IMG/VR virus record: IMGVR_UViG_3300017987_000047
DNA length: 64,000 nucleotides
Direction: 5' to 3' (one strand)
Source: a virus
Taxonomy: Duplodnaviria > Heunggongvirae > Uroviricota > Caudoviricetes
The translations under genes were made by a program, and so were the position numbers. Below, piece after piece: positions 27,359 to 37,036 of this stretch. Below the pieces are notes generated by a model. The model had not been told where the DNA came from, made no database searches, and saw only the letters and a program-made list of their open reading frames with translations. The stretch's first letter is position 1. Each line of letters begins with the position of its first letter.

Positions 27359-27589
27359 TTTAAGGACTTCCCAGAAAAAGGCAAATCGGGATTTATGGTT
27401 GGCACGGCCTTAGAGTGTGCCAAAGCAATTTTTCGGGCAGAAGGGTTTTCAAATGGCGCAGTCAGGCAATTAGAAGGCCCATATAATGAAATATTAGGTA
27501 CTTGGGTGTTTGGGTACTATGAGGAAAAACACCCCCGAGCTAATAAACTAACTAAAGTTGGTAGCGATTTGGTAATTACGTTTGATTAG
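27344..27589 (+). CDS. hypothetical protein
   Basis: 81 aa, starts MGKYH like the sigma factor gene. Confidence 0.45.
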   Translation: MGKYHFKDFPEKGKSGFMVGTALECAKAIFRAEGFSNGAVRQLEGPYNEILGTWVFGYYEEKHPRANKLTKVGSDLVITFD

Positions 27590-27606
27590 CCCCAGGAGCA
27601 AAACAA

Positions 27607-28608
27607 ATGGCATCACAAAATTCAAGTTCCGACCGTTGGGAAAAGGATATTGCAGCAGCAGAGGAACTCAAAGTTGCAACCGAGCTCGCAGAAGAAATGC
27701 GAAGGAATAACGTCAACACCTATGCTGAGCTAGTAATTGCGCGAGCGAAGGGGATAGAGGAGAAACCTTCTATACCAACAGGCCCAATTGCTATCAGCCA
27801 ATGCGATCACCACGCTTATGGGTGCCCTTATTGTGGGTACCGCTCTGGTAGTTGTTCTATTTCAGGCGGTGGTGTCGGCGCTTGGAGCTGTGGCGAATGC
27901 CAAAAAACAAGCTTTATTCTAGCTGCGGGGTTAACCGTATCCCCGATGGGTATCGGAGGAAAAGACCAAGAAACAATTTATCCCAAGCTTCAAAAACACC
28001 CACGCAAAGGTATTCCGAAGCATGGGAAGCCTGACAAACGCCCCGAAAATGGTGGCGAGTTCTTTTATTCCCGTGGGGTTGGCGTCGACTCGTTCCCCGG
28101 GTGTTTTGTTTGTGGGGAAGAAACCTTCGGCTCAAATATCGCAGCATTTGTTCAATGCAAAGCAGCGGGGGAACGAGTCGTTGAGATGTTTGATGGCCAC
28201 TGTCGCCTCGACTATCGAGAGTACTCCCCAGACCGGGTACAAGTAAAACTTGGTTGCTGCAAAAAACATCTCTGCGCCTTGGAGTACCTCGCCCAACTCG
28301 TGCGCGATCATATCCTCACAGTCGAAAAGATTGAGGAAGCAAAGAAGTATAATAGTAGGGCCCACAGAATCTACGGGATACTTTATCAAGCTGTTTCTAA
28401 AATTATACGGCCTGATAAAGAAGAGGATGATGGGGTAGAAAGAGAAGAGTATTTCCCCGAAGAAGAAGTTTTCCGTTTAATTGATGCGGGGGAAATCACA
28501 ATTGATCGAATCTCTAAAGACTTTGCAGAGATTCTAGGCCGGAAGTATAATGACTGGCTACGGCACGAGCACTGGAAGAAAGAAAGAGATGAAAAAAGGA
28601 AAACATAA
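27607..28608 (+). CDS. hypothetical Cys-rich protein
   Basis: CDHHAYGCPYCGYRSGSCSISGGGVGAWSCGECQ. Confidence 0.5.
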   Translation: MASQNSSSDRWEKDIAAAEELKVATELAEEMRRNNVNTYAELVIARAKGIEEKPSIPTGPIAISQCDHHAYGCPYCGYRSGSCSISGGGVGAWSCGECQKTSFILAAGLTVSPMGIGGKDQETIYPKLQKHPRKGIPKHGKPDKRPENGGEFFYSRGVGVDSFPGCFVCGEETFGSNIAAFVQCKAAGERVVEMFDGHCRLDYREYSPDRVQVKLGCCKKHLCALEYLAQLVRDHILTVEKIEEAKKYNSRAHRIYGILYQAVSKIIRPDKEEDDGVEREEYFPEEEVFRLIDAGEITIDRISKDFAEILGRKYNDWLRHEHWKKERDEKRKT

Positions 28609-28985
28609 TGGAAGACTGGAAATACCGAAAAGCTGATTTACATGAATTTTCGAGAAGGAATATAGTTAGAAAACTGCTAGAGTCCTTCTTCTATGATTCT
28701 ACCCTAGAAATGGGGGATATCTATTCCTCCATTCAAGATTTTCCACAAGAGGAGGAAGTAGCCCTAGAAACTTGGGTACAGTTTATTGGAATTCGGGCAC
28801 ACGCCTTTGTCGAGGCACTTTCGGCTTTCAGAACACTTGGATGCCACGTAAAGGAACAGCCGGAAAAAGTAATGAAAATTCTTATGGCGTTGACCTCCAA
28901 AAACTATCCGGAGCTGAAAACAAATAAAATCCCGGAAAAGGTCATTGATGAAATCCTAGAGCTTCTTATTGAGCCAGAACCCTAA
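28608..28985 (+). CDS. hypothetical protein
   Basis: 125 aa. Confidence 0.45.
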   Translation: MEDWKYRKADLHEFSRRNIVRKLLESFFYDSTLEMGDIYSSIQDFPQEEEVALETWVQFIGIRAHAFVEALSAFRTLGCHVKEQPEKVMKILMALTSKNYPELKTNKIPEKVIDEILELLIEPEP

Positions 28986-29077
28986 CCTTATTTCTTTCAT
29001 TGTACAAGGCGATTTCATTATATAAAGGTTACCTACCGGAAAGGCTTAGGTTCTTAAAACTCCAAAAGGGAAAAACC

Positions 29078-29371
29078 ATGGCAAACGTCAAGCAAGTACA
29101 CCTTACAGCTCGCGTCCCTTATAATATCTCCGAATACAAGGAGATGCAACCCTTCTTGGCTCAATTTTCTGGTCCGGCCTTCGGGTTACGAATCAATTAT
29201 TCGCCTGGGGGAAGCCAGGAAAATGAAAACGGAGGCAAAACATCGTTTTTTTTCGCTGAGATTTCTGGGGCAGAAGCCGTCTCCTACAAATGGGTGGATG
29301 CTCTCAAAGAAGCAATTGAGGCTTCTGGGGGTCAAGTGATTTCTGACCATATGGTTGACCTTGAGGCTTAG
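29078..29371 (+). CDS. hypothetical protein
   Basis: ATG 29078; promoter-like CATTATATAAAGGTTACCTACC at 29016-29037. Confidence 0.45.
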   Translation: MANVKQVHLTARVPYNISEYKEMQPFLAQFSGPAFGLRINYSPGGSQENENGGKTSFFFAEISGAEAVSYKWVDALKEAIEASGGQVISDHMVDLEA

Positions 29372-29398
29372 CCATCCTTCTGAATAAAAGAGGATATA

Positions 29399-30076
29399 AT
29401 GAAAATTGGTTTTGTGGGCGACACCCACGGCAACTGGCTTGATCTCTACCGAGCAATGGACTTGCTTTCATCTGTCGGGGTTGAGAGAATCGTCCAAGTT
29501 GGAGATTTTGGTTTTTGGAAACAGAATCTAAGGTCTCTTAAACTTGAGATTCCTGTTTATTTTATTGATGGGAACCACGAGGAGTTTCCACTTTTACTAG
29601 ATAGGGTAAGTTCTAATAGGCTAACCCCACAAGAAGTTTTAGGAAATCTCTTTTATATCCCTCGCGGGACTGTTTTGAATTGGGGAGATACTATTTTCGG
29701 ATTCCTGGGGGGAGGCTTTTCAGTCGACTATAAACTTCGGAAAGATGGAGTTTCCTGGTTTTCAAAGGAAGAAACCCCAAAAGAGGAAGAAGCCCGAAAA
29801 CTAATTAACCACCAAGCCGAATTTATCGTAACGCACGATGCTCCTTCTGAGGCGGTTGCTTATATGCCAAAACCTCTTCGGCATACCGATACAAGGGATA
29901 CCCAGTGTAGAATGATTCTTCAAGGAATCTTGAATGAGGCCAAACCAGCACACTGGGTACATGGGCATTACCATATGCGGTATTCAACAAGAATCCAGGA
30001 TTGTAAAATTGTGGGGCTAGATTGTGCCCCGGATATAGTCGTTTTTGATACGAACGAAAAAAGATTCCTTTATTGA
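29399..30076 (+). CDS. metallophosphoesterase (calcineurin-like)
   Basis: GDTHGN, VQVGDFGF, GNHEEF, THDAP, GHYH motifs. Confidence 0.7.
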   Translation: MKIGFVGDTHGNWLDLYRAMDLLSSVGVERIVQVGDFGFWKQNLRSLKLEIPVYFIDGNHEEFPLLLDRVSSNRLTPQEVLGNLFYIPRGTVLNWGDTIFGFLGGGFSVDYKLRKDGVSWFSKEETPKEEEARKLINHQAEFIVTHDAPSEAVAYMPKPLRHTDTRDTQCRMILQGILNEAKPAHWVHGHYHMRYSTRIQDCKIVGLDCAPDIVVFDTNEKRFLY

Positions 30077-30423
30077 CGATGAAGTATTATCTATTCGATC
30101 TCCATCGGCAGTCCTCAGGGAATGTTTTCGAGCGCTATTACTGCTGCTTTGAGGGAGGCCGTCTCCTCTGGGTCTTTTCAAGGCTCTTTAAAAGTTTTAT
30201 GAGCACCGACCCCGCTGTTTTTAGATTCTTCCAAGAAGTTATTGGGCGAGGCGGAGAATATCTTCTTTGCGAAGATAATGAAGGCGGCGCTTTTTTCTAT
30301 ACGGCGAAAGAAACCATTCCAGAACTTTTTCTAGAAGAGTCGGAAATTCCATTCGGTGTGTTATTCACAATTGCTAACGAAAAAATTCGTTACTGGGCAA
30401 AAGCTTACGCAAAAAACAAATGA
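30073..30423 (+). CDS. LTH-tail family protein, degenerate tail (LFTIANEKIRYWAKAYAKNK)
   Basis: 116 aa. Confidence 0.4.
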   Translation: MTMKYYLFDLHRQSSGNVFERYYCCFEGGRLLWVFSRLFKSFMSTDPAVFRFFQEVIGRGGEYLLCEDNEGGAFFYTAKETIPELFLEESEIPFGVLFTIANEKIRYWAKAYAKNK

Positions 30424-30905
30424 GCCTTTGGTATCACGGGACAGGCTTCGGCAATGAGATCCGGGAATCTGGGACCTTTAAGGTTTCGGGTTCTGGTGGG
30501 GGTAATAGAGGGCTTAGAGGGGCGTGGTTCACCCAAGACAAGTCTTACGCAAAAGTATACGCTAATGCGTTGCGGGAAAAAAGCGGCGATCCGGAAATAC
30601 TAGTGGTTGAAATCGCTGACGACTTAAAGCTGATGGATTTCCGAGAAGCGGAGGCATCCGTCACGGGACACATGGAACTATTGGCGGCACAATGGATGCT
30701 TGTTGGGGTTGACATTTACGACGCTGAAGTTTTTGGCCCGATTCGAGCAACACAACCTTTTGCTTTAACAAAGGTACTCGTCAAAAAAAGGTATCACGGG
30801 GCAATTATTCCAAATACGGTAGAAAAAGGCGATGATGCTTCGCCAGAATTAGTTATATTCAACCCACAAAATATTAATATTATCGGGAGCGAATCAATAG
30901 ACTAA
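30420..30905 (+). CDS. HGT-motif protein, possible minimal H-Y-E class ADP-ribosyltransferase-like fold
   Basis: N-term MSLWYHGTGF; paralog of 47594..47944 (MLFFHGTKPE). Confidence 0.35.
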   Translation: MSLWYHGTGFGNEIRESGTFKVSGSGGGNRGLRGAWFTQDKSYAKVYANALREKSGDPEILVVEIADDLKLMDFREAEASVTGHMELLAAQWMLVGVDIYDAEVFGPIRATQPFALTKVLVKKRYHGAIIPNTVEKGDDASPELVIFNPQNINIIGSESID

Positions 30906-30930
30906 ATAACCTACGTTTTACTAGGGGATA

Positions 30931-30950
30931 CCCTTATATAATAGGTAGGC
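30931..30950 (+). promoter_or_regulatory. conserved promoter-like motif CCCTTATATAATAGGTAGGC
   Basis: Preceded by GGGGATAC also found at 43165. Confidence 0.45.
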
Positions 30951-31034
30951 AAGGGTGGCCTACCAGGAGTAGGCAGCGATTATTTCAGTCCTAATTTCCA
31001 GGGAGGAAACGGACATTGGGTAGAGGCTAGTTTT

Positions 31035-31424
31035 ATGAATATTTCCACTAACCAACCAAAACTTATCATGACCTGGTGGGTCCAACCATCCCTCGTTGCT
31101 GAGGCTTTTGGTTATAGGGGGCCACTTCCTCTCCGCGATTGGGTCAGTATCAAAAAATGGCCGTGGGGAGAAATGGGGTATAAGCACGAAGACGGCATTA
31201 AATTTATAACGGATCTCACAAAAATCGCCCTCAGAGAGGTTCTCACAATTGTTGCTGATTTTCATCGGCAGCATGGGATACCCTATACTTTTTCAAGTCC
31301 TGGTCTCGCGGGTCAACCCTATTTCGAAGCCCAGGCTTCGGACAACCAGGATATTAAGATTCTGTGCGAGGGTACTCCCCTTCGCCGGAATAAAGTTTTT
31401 GGTATTGTGTACGAACTCGTGTAG
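31035..31424 (+). CDS. hypothetical protein
   Basis: 129 aa. Confidence 0.45.
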   Translation: MNISTNQPKLIMTWWVQPSLVAEAFGYRGPLPLRDWVSIKKWPWGEMGYKHEDGIKFITDLTKIALREVLTIVADFHRQHGIPYTFSSPGLAGQPYFEAQASDNQDIKILCEGTPLRRNKVFGIVYELV

Positions 31425-31433
31425 GAGGGTATT

Positions 31434-31658
31434 ATGCGTGGCCGTCCTATTAGCTTTCAACGACGACGGGGACTTCCGCTGGCTTCCAAGTCGGATGTTT
31501 CCCCTGTTGCAGCACCTAAGAAAAAAATTCTGAGTCCGAAAGAGCTATCGAAAGAGATGCTCATTTCCTGGGCACGGCTCCAAATCAAAGCGATTGATGA
31601 CTGGTATCGCAGTAACGGGCAGTTTTACGACGGCCCCGTTTTTGAAAAGGAGGCTTAA
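31434..31658 (+). CDS. hypothetical protein
   Basis: 74 aa. Confidence 0.4.
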   Translation: MRGRPISFQRRRGLPLASKSDVSPVAAPKKKILSPKELSKEMLISWARLQIKAIDDWYRSNGQFYDGPVFEKEA

Positions 31659-31726
31659 ACATAGGGGGTTTAACTAACGTGGATAGGTTCTAGGTTACGA
31701 CACACAAACCGAAGGAGAAGGTACAT

Positions 31727-32311
31727 ATGAAAAACTTCCCGAAGACTTTCCAGCATGGCATACTCTTTACTGGGATTTTTATCATTCTGCTTCTCTGTAT
31801 CCTATTTTCCCTTGGGATAGGAACCGTAACCCCCAAACCCGACCATTTAATTGTAGTCGATTTTGATGATAATGACTATTTCGACCGAACTATCACGTTT
31901 GGGAACTCCCAATTTGCCCCTTTCGCCAAAACGGTTGATCTTGGAAAAATTTTCCCTCTCTTTAATAAGAGGGAGATAGAGGTTCTGGCAATGACTAAGG
32001 ACGGCGTAACGCTTGAGATCGAGATTCTCTTTTATTGGGGTTTCAAGGTAGATCAGGCGCATGAACTAGTCAATCGGGTTGGCACGGATATAAACGAGTG
32101 GGCACGCCTCCACGTCGATCGCCCCCTAACACAAAATATACAGGTGGTTGCTTCCAACCTCACCCTTCGTGAAATAGTTACTGACCGGGCACAGGTTCTT
32201 CAAACAATTGGGCACGCCCAATGTTCCGATCCTCGATTTTCGCTTACAGCGGTACGGGCGCTTAATATTGGAGGGTATACTGAAGAGGACATAGCAAATA
32301 CAAGTGATTAG
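31727..32311 (+). CDS. membrane-anchored protein, possibly SPFH/band-7-like
   Basis: N-term TM ILFTGIFIILLLCILFSL; weak SPFH-like segment. Confidence 0.35.
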   Translation: MKNFPKTFQHGILFTGIFIILLLCILFSLGIGTVTPKPDHLIVVDFDDNDYFDRTITFGNSQFAPFAKTVDLGKIFPLFNKREIEVLAMTKDGVTLEIEILFYWGFKVDQAHELVNRVGTDINEWARLHVDRPLTQNIQVVASNLTLREIVTDRAQVLQTIGHAQCSDPRFSLTAVRALNIGGYTEEDIANTSD

Positions 32312-32336
32312 TGTCCCATAACAACGGGAGAGGAAA

Positions 32337-32639
32337 ATGCAAATCGACCTTCTTATGCTCTACCTAGCAAAGTATGAAGGGGTAGCGCGCTTACCCAAAC
32401 CCCATCTTGACCCCTTGGTCGACTTGCAGTATGCTATAGGGATTGAGGATATCGACGACGACGGCCAAGCCGTCTATGTCTATAAAATCACGGGGCATGG
32501 GGTTGCCTTCCTGGCTGCGGTTCTTCGGCGTTACCCACAATTCATAGTGGAAGAATGCTTTCAAGTTGACCTAGCAAAAATTGAGCCTGGAGAAACCCCG
32601 AAACGTCGAATCAAGATAGATCCCGATCTCCTATTATAA
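32337..32639 (+). CDS. hypothetical protein
   Basis: 100 aa. Confidence 0.4.
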   Translation: MQIDLLMLYLAKYEGVARLPKPHLDPLVDLQYAIGIEDIDDDGQAVYVYKITGHGVAFLAAVLRRYPQFIVEECFQVDLAKIEPGETPKRRIKIDPDLLL

Positions 32640-32732
32640 TTTTCTGGAAGGCAAAGAGATGACATTTAAAAAATTCTGTGCATTCGTTTCCTTTGGTTCC
32701 CTTATTGTTGGTTTAAGTTTCTTCCTCCTCCT

Positions 32733-33086
32733 TTGTCTCCTGAACTCCTGTTCCTAGGAGGGGATTCTATGGTAGAATCGATGGAAAACCCGGCAGGAAA
32801 ACTTTTCAGTTACAGGCATAGGTATGCCCATCGTTTGAGTTTCACACCGCATGGGAATGTTTGTTATTGGATCTTTTTTCATGAAACTTATGAAGAGGTT
32901 CTCGTAAGACACAGCGAAGCCTTTGAAGTGAAAACCTATAGGTCTAGTAAATGGAGAGAACGCTTTAAACAGGATAGGAATGATTTTCATGAAATTTGTA
33001 TACCAGAACAACTAACAAATGGTGAGTTTCAACGGGGACCTAAACAGATTATTCGAAGATGGCTAGTTAATCTTTTAAACAAATGA
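32733..33086 (+). CDS. hypothetical protein
   Basis: 117 aa; ATGA overlap with next gene. Confidence 0.4.
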   Translation: MSPELLFLGGDSMVESMENPAGKLFSYRHRYAHRLSFTPHGNVCYWIFFHETYEEVLVRHSEAFEVKTYRSSKWRERFKQDRNDFHEICIPEQLTNGEFQRGPKQIIRRWLVNLLNK

Positions 33087-33394
33087 AGTACCTCTATACC
33101 TTTTACAAGGCAACCTTCTTATCCTCGGATGAAATAGTCTTTGTCCTGGTGGAAAATTCGAAAGGGCAGTTGTGCAGCTATTGTGCCGAGGTAGATTCTT
33201 CCCCACTAAATTTTCGGGTTGAGGGAACAGTGGAGGAATGGCTTGGCGGGCTTGTTTCATATTATGAGTTAGGAGCAGACCCCTGCGGTTATACCTATCA
33301 AAAGCTACACCCAGAACCTTTCTTGACCCATACGAACCGGACTGTTCGGAATGCCGCAAAGATAGCGACTAAAAATGAAGCTACTGAAACTTAA
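33083..33394 (+). CDS. LTH-tail family protein (FLTHTNRTVRNAAKIATKNE)
   Basis: 103 aa. Confidence 0.55.
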   Translation: MKYLYTFYKATFLSSDEIVFVLVENSKGQLCSYCAEVDSSPLNFRVEGTVEEWLGGLVSYYELGADPCGYTYQKLHPEPFLTHTNRTVRNAAKIATKNEATET

Positions 33395-33833
33395 CAATCT
33401 CCCCAAAAAGCCTAAGATGCTTCTTGGCATAGAATACGAAGATCAATATTTTATCTTGGAACATTGGGACCATAAGGATCTTTATTTCTTTGCACATCTC
33501 GATAAGCAAGACCTGTTACGCTGGAAAGACGGGGAAATTTCCGAGAAAGACTTGGTTTCGGTTCGAGGCCGTAAACAGGTTCCAGGTTTTATAAAGATTT
33601 TCAAGCAACTTATTCTTAAAGAAATCTCTGGGAAAGAATTTCTAACCCACGATTCCCCTGTTGTTCGTCATATTGCTAGGGCATACCTTGAAAAAGATTT
33701 TGATTGGATCTATATATTTAAGCAGCTAGTGAACCTAACAGGGAAGAAGAGGATTGGCAAGAAAATGTTTCAAGACTTAAGCCGGAGACCAAGATATCAA
33801 AAAGGGAAATCTTTAAGGGTATGGCATGTCTAG
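33375..33833 (+). CDS. LTH-tail family protein (FLTHDSPVVRHIARAYLEKD, +39 aa)
   Basis: 152 aa. Confidence 0.55.
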   Translation: MKLLKLNNLPKKPKMLLGIEYEDQYFILEHWDHKDLYFFAHLDKQDLLRWKDGEISEKDLVSVRGRKQVPGFIKIFKQLILKEISGKEFLTHDSPVVRHIARAYLEKDFDWIYIFKQLVNLTGKKRIGKKMFQDLSRRPRYQKGKSLRVWHV

Positions 33834-34200
33834 AATACATATACTTTACGTTGCCGCTTCAAACGACTGTATCCTGGGGATTGAAAAACCAAAAATCGGG
33901 GAAGGCGTCGCAGCACTATTAACAGTCTTCGAGTCCCATTACGATGATCTTAGATTTAGAATCGCCGAAATCGCCCTAAAACACTTCGATTTAGACCCAG
34001 GGGTAGTAAATACCACCCAATTTAGACTAAGTCTCCCTGATGGAAAATTAGCAGGGAATTATACCCTATCTTTTTGGATTGCGGAAACAGAAGAGGAGCT
34101 GATAAAAAAGGATAGCAGACTTCTCCAAACCAAAAAGCTAGAATCCTACTTAACATCTCAGCACCCGGGAATTCGAATCCTAGCGAAGGCCTACCTCTAA
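33826..34200 (+). CDS. LTH-tail family protein (YLTSQHPGIRILAKAYL)
   Basis: 124 aa. Confidence 0.55.
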   Translation: MSRIHILYVAASNDCILGIEKPKIGEGVAALLTVFESHYDDLRFRIAEIALKHFDLDPGVVNTTQFRLSLPDGKLAGNYTLSFWIAETEEELIKKDSRLLQTKKLESYLTSQHPGIRILAKAYL

Positions 34201-34514
34201 TGTTTAAACACTTGAAAACCGGGGTCCCATATAAGTTTACTGCTACAACAAACAAAGGGACTAAAACGGGGTTATTCGTTTTTGATAAACATGGGGAACT
34301 AAAAATCTGTGGTAGGTGTAGTTATATAGAAACAATAGGCAAAGAGTCTTCCTCAACATGGGCACAACTTATCGAAGGGTACTTCGAAGAAAATGAAGGG
34401 GATTTAGTAATTAAGTGCTTCTCCTATACCTTTTCTCGGGTATCAATAGAAGAACTTTTAACTGATGAAAATCTTCATGTAAGAGCTTGGGCGAAGGAAC
34501 AGGCAGCTAAATGA
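34200..34514 (+). CDS. LTH-tail family protein (LLTDENLHVRAWAKEQAAK)
   Basis: 104 aa; TAATG overlap upstream, ATGA overlap downstream. Confidence 0.55.
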   Translation: MFKHLKTGVPYKFTATTNKGTKTGLFVFDKHGELKICGRCSYIETIGKESSSTWAQLIEGYFEENEGDLVIKCFSYTFSRVSIEELLTDENLHVRAWAKEQAAK

Positions 34515-35050
34515 GCCAGCTTATTATCATCTCCGGTCCGTCGGGTGTTGGCAAAACAACAATTTGCAAAGCGTTATGTTTAGAAGAAGGCTTTGTTGAA
34601 TCCGTTTCAACAACAACCCGGCCGAAGCGGTCAACAGAAGAGTATGGAAAAGATTACTATTTTATCTCCGAAAAAAGTTTCGATGGCCTTGTAAATCATA
34701 ATGCTTTTCTTGAGTGGCAGCAATTCGCGGGGTTCCGTTATGGGACAACGAAAACAGAATTGGATGAGAAATTAAGAAAAAACAATTTCATTTTTGTAGT
34801 GGTAGAACAAGAAGGCGCGGCTAATATTAGAAAAACTTATCCTAATGCGATATCTATTTTTATAGCCCCTCCGAACAAGGAAGAGTTAATACGGAGGTTA
34901 TCAGGCCGAGGAGATACTCCGGACTTAAAAGAAAGATTAGCTTTAGTTAAGCAGACTTTAGAGCTCGCTAAATGTCACGATCATATTATAGAAGCACACT
35001 CGGTAGAAGATTGTATCGCTGAAATTAAAAATATTCTAGGACTTTCCTAG
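34511..35050 (+). CDS. gmk: guanylate kinase
   Basis: GPSGVGKTT P-loop, STTTRPKR motif. Confidence 0.85.
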   Translation: MSQLIIISGPSGVGKTTICKALCLEEGFVESVSTTTRPKRSTEEYGKDYYFISEKSFDGLVNHNAFLEWQQFAGFRYGTTKTELDEKLRKNNFIFVVVEQEGAANIRKTYPNAISIFIAPPNKEELIRRLSGRGDTPDLKERLALVKQTLELAKCHDHIIEAHSVEDCIAEIKNILGLS

Positions 35051-35064
35051 TACAAAAAAATATC

Positions 35065-35082
35065 ATAATATATAAGTTACCT
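35065..35082 (+). promoter_or_regulatory. promoter-like motif ATAATATATAAGTTACC
   Basis: Variant of conserved motif upstream of small basic ORF. Confidence 0.4.
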
Positions 35083-35128
35083 TTGGGCGCAAAAAACGCG
35101 CCTTTTCACCGCAGAGGAGACCAAACCG

Positions 35129-35269
35129 ATGGCAGGACCTTCAAAAGGCAGCGGCAGTAGTCTTGGAAAAAACCGGAAACACGACCAGGACAAAAACAGG
35201 CGGGCGCGGAAGGCCCGGAAAATCCAGAAGAGGAACGGGAACGGAAAACCCCCGAAAAAATAATTTCCT
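35129..35269 (+). CDS. small highly basic protein (46 aa), below ORF-track cutoff
   Basis: GAGGAG RBS 9 nt upstream; MAGPSKGSGSSLGKNRKHDQDKNRRARKARKIQKRNGNGKPPKK. Confidence 0.4.
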
Positions 35270-35930
35270 TCTGGGATCAAAGGCAATTCATCCTATAAAT
35301 AATACCTTTGGGGGCGCCATTGGCCATTTGCAGCCGCCCCCGGTGCGCGCGTAGGGCGAAAAGCCCGCTGAAGCAAGCCTGCCGGACACGCTGCCGGATG
35401 GGCAAACCATTTCGGAGGTTCAACATGCATCTGATCCGAGACGGCCCTTAAGAAGGAATCGATTGGCGGGGACCCTAAAGAAGCTTGAGTCCGGTTGCCC
35501 GCAAGCAGACCCACAAAGAAAAAAGCAAGAGAAACAAAGCATCGCCTGATCCCAATAACAATAGGAAAGGTGGACAATGCTGCAATCTTGAGCGGGGTAG
35601 TTTTCCTCTGCAGGTGAGGCCTATCTCGCGATGACAGAAAAAAGTTGAGCCTGCACCTTAAAAACGGGAAGAGGGGTCGTCGCAGACACTCAACCGCTTG
35701 CACTGGCCAGGAGCCCCAAGAAGAGACCGAATTGCGGGGGCGGCCTGATGCCGGGGAAGCGGTCATGCTGGGAAAAAGTCCGGACACGCAAGCAACCCAG
35801 CAACTCACCTCACGCGACAACCCCTTTTTCCTTCGTTTTAAATCGGTAGGTCATGTTAATGGAACTTTTAGAAAACCTTCGAAGTTCTGGGCAGTAACAT
35901 TATATATCTATTATAGTTTTCGCTTGGTAT
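35270..35930. other. GC-rich (~60%) non-coding island; candidate large structured ncRNA or foreign remnant
   Basis: No protein-like ORF; only low-complexity shadow ORFs without GC3 bias. Confidence 0.4.
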
Positions 35931-35933
35931 CTG

Positions 35934-36503
35934 ATGAAAGGCGTGACTATGCAACGGAAACAAAAATGGGGGAAACCTCTTCTCAAAGAAGAAATCGATG
36001 ATTTAGTCGCCCGAGTGGGTGTTTTTGAATGGGGGAGCTGTCAGTATCAAACCGCCGCAGGGTTTTTCTACTTAATCCGTGAGATGCGAGAAGATGGGAT
36101 TCCTTGGGAGCAATGCCTGTCCCTTTTAGGGATAGAGTGCAACTTTAGTAAGATTGAGAATAATTTCAAAAACTTCGGGGGCGAGGAGATTGCTGGAGGA
36201 TTCGACAAGAAAGAGTATGAAGCGCTCTTCAAAATGCCATACCCCCCACCAGACCCACCCTCGGCAGAGGCGGCTTTTGAAATGACAAAAGACAGGGCTT
36301 GGGATTTGTGGGGGGCAGCTCCCACAATTGCTGAGTGGTGTTTTAAGGACTTAAAAATTGAAGCTCCCCAAAGCCCCGGATTCGGGCCGTCAGGGAATGT
36401 GCTGGTACAAAACACGAATTATATAGTCGGTCTCTGTTGTGCCCTGCTTTACGAATATGGTTTAGTAAAAGATATTGAATGCTTTAAGGATTACGACACG
36501 TAG
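35934..36503 (+). CDS. hypothetical protein
   Basis: 189 aa. Confidence 0.5.
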   Translation: MKGVTMQRKQKWGKPLLKEEIDDLVARVGVFEWGSCQYQTAAGFFYLIREMREDGIPWEQCLSLLGIECNFSKIENNFKNFGGEEIAGGFDKKEYEALFKMPYPPPDPPSAEAAFEMTKDRAWDLWGAAPTIAEWCFKDLKIEAPQSPGFGPSGNVLVQNTNYIVGLCCALLYEYGLVKDIECFKDYDT

Positions 36504-36544
36504 GATGAAATATTTTCTAAATATTAGAATAAGAGGCTCTTAAA

Positions 36545-37036
36545 ATGTTAGCCCTCTTTCTTGATATTGATGGGGTCTTATGCTTTGGGCGGAAGCATGC
36601 GTGCCACCTTGAGAAGAGAAAACTAAAATTTCTCAAGAAGATACAAGCTAAAACGGGCGCACGGATAATCTTAATCTCAGTCTGGCGCAAATCCGATTGG
36701 AATCTCAAATACTTAATGCCAGCATTCAAAAAATATAAAATTGAATGGGACCCAGCAGATAAGACAGGGTCTATTCTATACCGAGAGGGCAATGAACGCC
36801 CCTTTGAGATTAGGGATTTTCTAGAGAAGCATCCTGAAATAACAAACTTCGCGGTGCTAGACGATGAAAACCATAAATCGTTTGGTCACCATATGTTTCA
36901 TGCCGACTTAATGAGAAAACCTCCTGGCATAATTATTAAAGAAGGATTAATCCACAAAGTCGGCCTAACTAAAGATTTGGCTGAGGCGATTATTACATAT
37001 CTTAATCGGCCTAAACCGGAGTTTCCCTATGGGTAA
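36545..37036 (+). CDS. HAD-superfamily phosphatase (putative, PNK-phosphatase-like)
   Basis: Motif I FLDIDGVL, later AVLDDE. Confidence 0.6.
   Translation: MLALFLDIDGVLCFGRKHACHLEKRKLKFLKKIQAKTGARIILISVWRKSDWNLKYLMPAFKKYKIEWDPADKTGSILYREGNERPFEIRDFLEKHPEITNFAVLDDENHKSFGHHMFHADLMRKPPGIIIKEGLIHKVGLTKDLAEAIITYLNRPKPEFPYG

Noticed and set aside
35293-36001. Long ORFs inside the GC-rich island as protein-coding genes
   Set aside because: The translations are low-complexity Arg/Ser/Pro/Cys strings with no third-position GC bias, no RBS, and overlap on both strands. They are treated as shadow ORFs of a non-coding region.
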